Positions 36,853-45,200 of a DNA stretch of 46,874 nt are shown one piece after another. Source of the stretch: a virus; IMG/VR virus record IMGVR_UViG_3300035181_001974; one strand, given 5' to 3'. The translations under genes were made by a program, and so were the position numbers. Below the pieces are notes generated by a model that was given only the letters and a program-made list of their open reading frames with translations, was not told where the DNA came from and did not search any database. Every line of letters begins with the position of its first letter. The stretch's first letter is position 1.

Positions 36853-39434
36853 GCAAGAAAGTTCGTATCAAGGTTAACCAGGGTTGGATTGCATACCCGG
36901 GTTCGACAGTCCAGCAGAACTACGCGGAAGACCTGGTACACGGGTACTTGAGCTGGTCGATCAAGGATCGTAACAGCTTTAGCGTGGATTTCAGGCAGCT
37001 GCCCAACCCGAAGCCTTTTGTTACCGTCGACTGGGAAGGTGACGTCAAGAAGACGTTCGAGGTTGCTAGCACATATCCTCATGGTTCACGGTTTAGGATC
37101 AAGAGTCGCACGCACGTCGCGCAACAAGAAGTCCAGTCGTTGACATCGATGCTGAAGCAGACGATGAATGCGACGGAAGTCACCTTCAAAGTTGACCAGC
37201 ACATCAACAAGGAAACGCTAACGGCTGGCACTCAGACGCTGGCCCGAGCGGACCTACGCAATCCTGACATCCTGATGGGCCTGATTCGCAACTACCACGT
37301 AGACTCAAACTACCCGGATGAAGTCTGGACCCGCGTCGGTGAGCAGGTCAAGACATACCTCGCCGCTGTTACTGGCATGGAGGAGGCTCCGCGGAACACG
37401 AAGTGGTCTCTCCGTGACTTGAAGTTTGACAATGTCTTTGCCTACGGCGAGGGCAATCACATCAACTTTGACGGGCTCGAGGGCATCGTTGGCATCTTCG
37501 GTCAGAACCGCGCCGGCAAGTCGTCAATCGTCGGCTCGATCATGTACTCGCTGTTCAACAGTACTGACCGCGGTTCGATCAAGAACCTGCACGTCATCAA
37601 CGCTCGCAAGCCCTACTGCTACACTCGTGCCATCGTCAACGTTGGAGGCACCGATTACGTCTTCGAGCGTCAGACTGTCAAACACGAGAATGCTCGGAGA
37701 GGCATTGTTCACGCAGTCACTTCATTGAATGCGTACCGTGTCACAGAATCTGGCGACGTTATCGACCTAGCGGGTGAACAGCGAAATGACACCGAAAAGG
37801 TCATCAGAAACCTCATCGGCAGCCAAGACGACTTCTTGTTGACCTCGCTTTCGGCACAAGGTGAGATCAATCAGTTCATTCAGCAGGGTTCCTCGCGCCG
37901 CCGGCAGATCTTGTCGCGGTTCCTCGACCTCGACGTCTTTGACAGGATGTACGACCTAGCCAACAAGGATGTCAACAACGCTAAGGCACAGCTGCGTGCC
38001 TATCCCGACAAGGATTGGAATCAGGTTGCCACTGACCTGAAGTCAAAGCTCGAAAAGTTGTCGGCAGCCATCGACGACAAGACGTACAAGGAGCAGGAGG
38101 CCGCAGAGCGTCTAGCTGAGGTTCGTGCTCAGCTCGCTCGTCACAGTGACTTCACACCAGTTAGCAAGTCGCAGGTCGAATCGCAACGTAACAAGGTCAT
38201 CACTCTGGAGCGTCAGGTGGCGTCTGTTGCCGCCAAGATCGTCGACCTCCGCGTGGAGATCGGCAAGATTGAAGGCAAGGTGTCGACGATCGACACCCTC
38301 AAGGAAGAACACGACATCGAAGAGTTGAAGAAGCGCCTGAAGGCGTTCAACGCCCTTGAGTCGACTGTCGTATCGTTGAAGCACTCTCACGAGAAGGAAG
38401 CCGCTCTGTTGAAGCAACAGGAGCGTTCCCTGAAGATCCTTGATGACGTCCCGTGTGGCGACAAGTTCCCAACCTGCAAGTTCATCAAGGATGCACACTT
38501 TGTCAAAGGCAAGATCGAATCGCAACGTGACAAGACTGGTCGCGCCTTGGAGAAGCTTGACCGAGCCGCCGTCTCGTTGGACGAACTGAAGACGGAAAAC
38601 ATTCGAGACAAAGTCGAGAAGATTCAGAAGTTGCATGAGCTTCACTCGCGGTTGAAGGTCGAGCTATCAAACAAGCAAATCGAACTGGTGAAGCTCGAGA
38701 CGCAGCAAGAGACCCAGATCTCCAGTCTTGAGATTTCTAAGGCCAAGCTGGATGAACTAGAAGAGGCTCTGAAAAATGACGAAAATGCAGAGGTGGTTTC
38801 CCTCCGCACTGAAATTGATGAACTCACGGCGGTCATTGCGAGGCTCGACGGGGAGAAGATGACAGCCGCCGCCGACAAAGGTAAGCTTATTTCGGACGCA
38901 GAAAAAGCATTGAATGAGAAGAAGAACCGCGAGACCCTCTTGCAGGGCATGAAGGTCTATGAGCTCGTTGCCAACGCCTTTTCACGAAAGGGAATCCCGA
39001 GCGTAATCGTGACATCGCAGTTGCCGGTCATCAACGCAGAGATCGCCAAGATCTTGACTGGCATTGTTGACTTCACGGTAGAACTCGAGGTTGACCCAGA
39101 GTCTGACTGGATGGACGTCTACATCAACTACGGCGACTCACGGCGAATCGTTGAGTTGGGTTCAGGCATGGAGAAGATGATCAGCTCGATCGCCATCCGT
39201 GTGGCGCTGATCAACGTCTCGTCGCTGCCCAAGACTGACATGTTCATCCTGGATGAGGGCTTTGGTGCACTGGACGACGCTGGCGTCGAGGCTTGCAATC
39301 GTTTGTTGTCTTCGTTGAAGCGCCACTTCAGAACGGTCATGATTATCACTCACGTTGATGGCGTCAAGGATTCTGCCGACACCGTTCTTGAGATCACCAA
39401 GAATGAAAAGGACACCAAGGTAGTCTACGAGTGA
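36849..39434 (+). CDS. sbcC: SbcC/Rad50-family ATPase whose N-terminal ~190 aa resemble the C-terminal (capping) domain of SbcD/Mre11
   Basis: Walker A GIFGQNRAGKSSIVGSI at about residue 215. Long coiled coil. C-terminal signature/Walker B MFILDEGFGALDDAG. N-terminal IAYPGSTVQQNYAED aligns with E. coli SbcD VRYSGSPLAMSFSE. Confidence 0.75.
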   Translation: MSKKVRIKVNQGWIAYPGSTVQQNYAEDLVHGYLSWSIKDRNSFSVDFRQLPNPKPFVTVDWEGDVKKTFEVASTYPHGSRFRIKSRTHVAQQEVQSLTSMLKQTMNATEVTFKVDQHINKETLTAGTQTLARADLRNPDILMGLIRNYHVDSNYPDEVWTRVGEQVKTYLAAVTGMEEAPRNTKWSLRDLKFDNVFAYGEGNHINFDGLEGIVGIFGQNRAGKSSIVGSIMYSLFNSTDRGSIKNLHVINARKPYCYTRAIVNVGGTDYVFERQTVKHENARRGIVHAVTSLNAYRVTESGDVIDLAGEQRNDTEKVIRNLIGSQDDFLLTSLSAQGEINQFIQQGSSRRRQILSRFLDLDVFDRMYDLANKDVNNAKAQLRAYPDKDWNQVATDLKSKLEKLSAAIDDKTYKEQEAAERLAEVRAQLARHSDFTPVSKSQVESQRNKVITLERQVASVAAKIVDLRVEIGKIEGKVSTIDTLKEEHDIEELKKRLKAFNALESTVVSLKHSHEKEAALLKQQERSLKILDDVPCGDKFPTCKFIKDAHFVKGKIESQRDKTGRALEKLDRAAVSLDELKTENIRDKVEKIQKLHELHSRLKVELSNKQIELVKLETQQETQISSLEISKAKLDELEEALKNDENAEVVSLRTEIDELTAVIARLDGEKMTAAADKGKLISDAEKALNEKKNRETLLQGMKVYELVANAFSRKGIPSVIVTSQLPVINAEIAKILTGIVDFTVELEVDPESDWMDVYINYGDSRRIVELGSGMEKMISSIAIRVALINVSSLPKTDMFILDEGFGALDDAGVEACNRLLSSLKRHFRTVMIITHVDGVKDSADTVLEITKNEKDTKVVYE

Positions 39435-39448
39435 TGTAAGATCGCTCG

Positions 39449-39751
39449 GTGGATCGTCAACCGTACCTACGTGACCGTCTGATCTCTCGGAGACCGGGCG
39501 GTTACTGCGTTATCGTTCCGTGTGAGGCCTCCCCGAGCGTGCCGCTGTCCTGTGCTGTCTGTGGGACGGTGATGAGAACGCAAGACGATGAGGCAGCGTG
39601 GCATGAATTTGCCTGCTGCAATCGTTGCGCCTTGGCTTGGGCTGCCCCGAGGCGCAAGGAATGGGCTGCTGGCTGGCGACCCGAACGCGCCGCGTTGGAT
39701 GCTGAGGTCGCAGGTAGGCCTCCGTTGGTCGTCGACCTCGAGATCGACTGA
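39449..39751 (+). CDS. hypothetical Cys-rich protein in a locally GC-rich segment (GTG start)
   Basis: CAVCG...CCNRC motifs. Local GC is about 65-67% against about 56% around it. Antisense ORFs pile up here, as expected at high GC. Confidence 0.35.
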   Translation: MDRQPYLRDRLISRRPGGYCVIVPCEASPSVPLSCAVCGTVMRTQDDEAAWHEFACCNRCALAWAAPRRKEWAAGWRPERAALDAEVAGRPPLVVDLEID

Positions 39752-39783
39752 GCGCCCTATACTTAGGCCAGGAGCAACGGGAC

Positions 39784-40167
39784 ATGGCAGACGTGAAAAT
39801 CGACTTCAATGCCTTGGGTCAGGCAATCGACACCTCATGGGGCCGTTCATCAACGCCCAATACGGCAGGTTACTCTGTGAAGTTTACCCTGCACGGTAAT
39901 CGCATCATCGCCTCTTACGCCGCAGTTGTCAACTTTGGCACGGAGAAGGAAATGATCCTGATGAAGAGGCGTTACTCTGAGGAGTCGCAAGCCATCATCA
40001 GCGCCGTCATGAAGAAGGTGAAGGCCACGTACAAGGAACTCGCTGGCAAGGCCCTGAAGACTTCTGAGGGAGCCTCCGATGATTCAGTCGAGGTCATCAA
40101 CTTCGGCATTCACAATCCAAAGCGCACTGCTTATTACCGCCGCAAGACAGTGTTTGAGCTCAGCTGA
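39784..40167 (+). CDS. hypothetical protein; candidate small terminase subunit by position
   Basis: AGGAG Shine-Dalgarno at 9 nt. Its stop overlaps the start of the large terminase (TGATG). No sequence-level identification. Confidence 0.35.
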   Translation: MADVKIDFNALGQAIDTSWGRSSTPNTAGYSVKFTLHGNRIIASYAAVVNFGTEKEMILMKRRYSEESQAIISAVMKKVKATYKELAGKALKTSEGASDDSVEVINFGIHNPKRTAYYRRKTVFELS

Positions 40168-41795
40168 TGTCAATTGCCACGTCCAACGGTCCGCTCGGTA
40201 GAGAAGAACAGGTCCGCGAGATTCTGAAGTGCGGCAAAAACGCCGTCTACTTCATGAAGAACTATGCGAAGATCCAGCACCCCAAGAGGGGCCTGATCCC
40301 GTTCGACACCTACTACTTTCAGGATGACTGCATCAAGGCATTTGAAGAGAATCGCTTCAACATCGTCCTGAAGTCACGTCAGCTGGGCCTGTCAACCGTC
40401 ACCGCGGCCTACGCCGTCTGGTACGCGATCTTCAAGAAGGACAAGAACGTCCTGGTCATCGCTACCAAGTTGCAGACCGCCATGAACTTCATCAAGAAGG
40501 TGAAGACAATCCTTGACGGCCTGCCCAAGTGGTTGCTCCTCACCAAGTTCGAATCGACCAAGCAACAGATCACGTTTGCCAATGGGTCAGTCATCGCGGC
40601 CGTACCGACCTCACCAGACGCTGGTCGTTCGGAGGCCTTGTCACTTCTCATCGTCGATGAGGCCGCATTCATCAGAGACTTTGAAGAGATCTGGACCGGT
40701 CTCTATCCGACTATCTCCACGGGCGGTTCTGCGATCATTATTTCCACGCCTAACGGCGTCGGCGGCATGTACTACAAGTTGTGGACCGACGCAATAGCAC
40801 AGGTCAATGAGTTCAACACTATCAATCTTCCATGGCACGTTCATCCCGAGCACGATCAGGCATGGTTTGACAAGGAAACCAAGAACCTGCCAAAGCGAAA
40901 AGTTGCCCAGGAGTTCCTTTGCGACTTCATCTCGTCAGGTGACACATTCCTGCAACCCACGGAGATGGACTATCTCAGGAGCATGATCGACAGTCCGATT
41001 CGCAAAGAAGGACCGCAGAATGCTGTCTGGATCTGGTCTGATCCTGAGCCGGGCAAGAAGTATGTTATTTCATCTGACGTGGCCCGTGGAGACGCTGCCG
41101 ACTATTCGACGATGCACGTCATTGACGTAAATGATTGTGAAGTCGTCGCAGAATACATGGGCAAGATTCCGCCTGACAAGTTGGCCGACCTTCTAGCTGA
41201 CTACGGCAAGAAGTATAACACTGCCTTGCTGTGCCCAGAGCGTAACAATTTTGGCTACATGACGGCTGTCAGACTCAGAGACATCGGCTACAAGCGTCTG
41301 TATTATCGCAATATGACAGGCGACATGTTCGAGTACATCTCGAGCGACCCAGAGGCAATTCCTGGCTTTGAGACGCAAGGTAACACTCGTCCGCAGATCC
41401 TGGCGAAGCTCGAGGAGATCATCCGCAACAAGATTGTCAAAATCTACTCGCAACGCTTCTACGATCAGATGCAGGCCTTCATCTGGCAGGGGTCCAAGGC
41501 TCAGGCCACCCGTGACAGTCATGACGACTTGATTATGAGTCTAGCGATTGGCATTTGGCTGACCAACGGCGGTTCAGGAGTCAATGAACAGGCTCATGAG
41601 ATGGCGATGGCCATGTTGAAGGCCACGCAGGTCGCGCGCAGGGACTCAGCGCAGATGCCAGGTGACATTCAGTCAGCACAGCCGCTGATCAATCCTAACA
41701 TCAGGGGCGTTAATCCTTACAACGTTCACAAGCCCCGCGATCCATCGCAGATCAAGAATGCTGACGTGAGCGATTTTAGCTGGTTGCTACGGTGA
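40167..41795 (+). CDS. terminase large subunit, T4 gp17-like
   Basis: VLKSRQLGLSTVTAAYAVWYA...LLIVDEAAFI...IISTPNG is collinear with T4 gp17 SRQLGKTTVVAIFLA...IYIEDCAFI...IITTTPNG. Lambda-type deviant Walker A with an N-terminal Lys (KSRQLGLS). Confidence 0.9.
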   Translation: MSIATSNGPLGREEQVREILKCGKNAVYFMKNYAKIQHPKRGLIPFDTYYFQDDCIKAFEENRFNIVLKSRQLGLSTVTAAYAVWYAIFKKDKNVLVIATKLQTAMNFIKKVKTILDGLPKWLLLTKFESTKQQITFANGSVIAAVPTSPDAGRSEALSLLIVDEAAFIRDFEEIWTGLYPTISTGGSAIIISTPNGVGGMYYKLWTDAIAQVNEFNTINLPWHVHPEHDQAWFDKETKNLPKRKVAQEFLCDFISSGDTFLQPTEMDYLRSMIDSPIRKEGPQNAVWIWSDPEPGKKYVISSDVARGDAADYSTMHVIDVNDCEVVAEYMGKIPPDKLADLLADYGKKYNTALLCPERNNFGYMTAVRLRDIGYKRLYYRNMTGDMFEYISSDPEAIPGFETQGNTRPQILAKLEEIIRNKIVKIYSQRFYDQMQAFIWQGSKAQATRDSHDDLIMSLAIGIWLTNGGSGVNEQAHEMAMAMLKATQVARRDSAQMPGDIQSAQPLINPNIRGVNPYNVHKPRDPSQIKNADVSDFSWLLR

Positions 41796-41835
41796 CGCTG
41801 GTCACCAATACTTACACTGCAGAGAAGGTCTCGCG

Positions 41836-42147
41836 ATGAGCAACAAGATTACCCTACCACGTCTTCGGAAGATCATTGCTGAGGAACTGTCTTCCTCGGT
41901 CAACGAGGCCGTCGACCATGCATCAATTCGTGAAGTCGTCAATGGCGCCTCCAAGCTGTTGGCGGCGGTCGAGGTATTTCAGAAGTCAGCCAACGGGCCG
42001 ATGATCAATGCGCTGACGCCTCATCTTGCACAGATGGAAAAGATTCTCGAGGACATGGTAAGTACGCCTGGATCCTACGTCGAGAAGAAGAAGGTCGAAC
42101 CAAAGAAGGTTTCTTTGAAGCCCGTGAAGGGTGAAGGGGACGTTTGA
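41836..42147 (+). CDS. hypothetical protein (103 aa)
   Basis: GAAGG Shine-Dalgarno. Lys-rich C-terminus. Confidence 0.45.
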   Translation: MSNKITLPRLRKIIAEELSSSVNEAVDHASIREVVNGASKLLAAVEVFQKSANGPMINALTPHLAQMEKILEDMVSTPGSYVEKKKVEPKKVSLKPVKGEGDV

Positions 42148-42224
42148 TCACGCTACCGTATACGCTGCAGCAGTGAACCTTACTATTAACCCTGAGCCGC
42201 GACTGAAATAGTCGGGCGAACATC

Positions 42225-45200
42225 ATGGCAAAAAAAGAAGCACCTCAAAGCCTTTTCCGACGACTGACGCGACTGTTTCGAAGTGGTCCTGTCATCAAGA
42301 AGAAGATCCGCACCGCCGACACGACGATCGCGGTCGCTGACAAGACTAAGTCGTCAGGCACGTTGCTCTTTCAGAAGTCGCTGGCGCCGACCTACGCGAC
42401 CATCACGGCAAATGCCTACAACCTGAGCGAGCGCTTGATGCGCTATCAGGACTTTCAAGAAATGGAGTATTCACTTGCGATTGACACTAAGATCGCAACC
42501 TCAGATGGTTTCAAGACTATAGGTGAGCTAGCGCAAGAGTGTGAGAAAAATCCGGATCACATCTTCATTGTCTATTCGTACGATCACAATTTGAAGCGCA
42601 TCGTTCCGGCGTTCGGTAAACAGGCTCGTCAGACCTGTGTCGATAGTGCCTGGAAGATCAAATTTGATAATGGAAAAGAGATTGTTGCATCACCGGAACA
42701 TCGACTGATGCTTCGTGACGGTACATACCGTCGTGTTGAGGACCTGAAACCCGGCGATGCAATGATGCCCTTCTACCGCAAAGACATCTTTGCTGATGCC
42801 AAAGAAGGCACCCTTGGCTACTCGTGGATCTACACGATGGACGATAGGTTCCGCGGTTGGACCAAAGAGCACCAACTGATCGCTGAGTGGGTTGCCGGTC
42901 GTCAGCTCAACGAAGATGAGGTTGTCCACCACATCAACTTCATTAAGACTGATAATCGTCCTGAAAATCTCAGGATCATGACGAAGTCTGCCCATGACAG
43001 TTACCACGCCGCGATCAACAACGGGGTGAAGTGGGCACCCGAAAACCGTGAGTGGATCGAAGAGTTCAAGAAGAACCATGCAGCTCGGATGCGTGACAAT
43101 GCTCCTGGCGCTCGCAGGGATGTGACTTTTGCTCGAATCCTAGAGACTGCTGAACGTGTTGGTTTCAGCATGCCGGCGATTGCAAATGCTCTTGATGTCA
43201 CATGGAACCTGATCTATGAACGATTGGCGACCCACGGATTCTCAACGTTCAATAAATTTGTTGCGGCATATGCTGGCGGTCAAGCTGATTCTATGATCAA
43301 CAACCGACCCGGTCTACTGACACGGGACTTGAGCCTCGAGCTATTGAAGTCTTCGATGACTGCTGGTGACACGAAGCGTTCTTTGTGCATTAAGCTCGGT
43401 TGCACTGTCAACGTACTTGACAAGTTTTTGGCCCGCCGCGCCCGGATGTCGTGGACAGAGTTGCGTTCAACAATGGGGTATCACGACGAGGAAGTGACCG
43501 TCAATCAGATTAAGAGCGTCCGAAAGGGCGGTCGTCCACGAGGTTCGAACGGTAATTCACTGACGTTCCAACAGATCTGTGATGCATATACACCCAGCGT
43601 GACGTTGCCTCGTCTCGCCGAAAAGCTTGGCGCCAACAAGAACACGATTATCTCCAGGTTGTCGCAGAATGGCTTCAAGAAGTTTAGTGACTTTCAGGAG
43701 ACTTACAACAACTGTAAGGTAGTTTCCGTTGAGTATGTCGGTGAGATCCCTCTCTACGACCTCACCGTTGACGGGTACAAGAACTTTGCCACCGATAGTG
43801 TGATCTCGCACAATACTCCTGAGATCGCGGCTGCTCTTGACATCTATGCCGACGAAACGTGTGCACAGGATGAGAAAGGCCGCGTCCTCCACATTTACTC
43901 GGACAATGAGAAGATTCGCGAGGTGCTCGAGGACCTTTTCTACAATACGTTGAACACCGAGTTCAACCTGCGATCCTGGGCGCGCAATCTTGTTAAGTAC
44001 GGCGACTTCTTCCTCTATAATGACGTTTCTCCAACGTACGGAGTCGTCTCAGCGTTCCCGATCCCTGTCAACGAGATCGAGCGCGAAGAGAACTACGATC
44101 GTGACGATCCGTTTGCGGTCAGGTATCGCTGGGTCACCCTAGGTAATCGAGTCCTCGAGAACTGGGAGATCACTCACTTTCGGCTCTTGGGCAACGACAT
44201 GTTCTTGCCTTACGGGTCATCGATCATTGAGCCTGCCCGCCGCATTTGGCGTCAGTTGATCCTCATCGAAGATGCAATGTTGGTGTACCGCGTCGTCAGG
44301 GCACCTGAACGCCGCGTCTTCTACATCGACGTTGCCAACGTTCCAGCGCAGGACGTGCCTCTTTATGTTGAAGAGCAGAGGAAGAACCTCAGGACGAATC
44401 AGGTCATTGATCGCTCTTCTGGTCGTGTGGACCTCAGGTACAATCCACTGTGCTTCGCAGCGAACGTTCAGATACCATTGTTGGATGGTAGGATGCTGCG
44501 GATCGATGAGCTAGTCAAGGAGTGGAATGAAGGGCGCCGAGACCATGAGACTTATTCCCTTGATCTCGAAGCGGGGGGTAGGTTGGTACCCGGCAAGGTG
44601 ATCTGGGCCGGGAAGTCAGGTACTACGAAACAGTTTGTCAGGGTGACGCTGGACGACGGCGGCGTCATCAATGTCACACCTGAACATAGGATGATGCTTC
44701 GTGATGGTTCTCACGTTAAAGCGAAGGATCTACGTTCGGGCGACAGCTTGATGCCGTTGCACGTTACATATGCACCGATGTCAGGCGCTGAAGTTTCTGA
44801 AGTTGACAAGCACTGTTACGAAAAGGTGCTCGATCCATCGTTCGGAACACGCATCTTTACCCACGAGTTGATCGCGGCTCATGCGTTCGGGCTCGAGGTC
44901 TATCGGAACGGGCACATCTCACAGCAGGGAAAGACAATTCATCACGTCAACTTTGACAAGCTCAACAACTCAACTGGCAACCTGCAGTTGATAACGAACG
45001 CTGAGCATTACGTCAAACGTTCTGAAGCGATGTCTACGATGTGGGCTGACCCTGAACGAAGGGAGCGTGCCCGACAGAACATGCGCTATGTTTGGTCGCC
45101 TGAGTGCCAGGTCTACGTTATCAACGTCATCAGATCGCTTCGTAGGTTCGAGGGGCTCGATGCGTTCCTGAGACGGTTGAAGTCCGACGTAACGTTCATG

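Noticed and set aside
40167-41795. The large terminase Walker A apparently lacks the canonical lysine (SRQLGLST versus T4 SRQLGKTT).
   Set aside because: The motif is preceded by Lys (KSRQLGLS). This matches the lambda gpA-type deviant Walker A (KSARVGYS), where the N-terminal lysine substitutes, so it is not evidence of inactivation.
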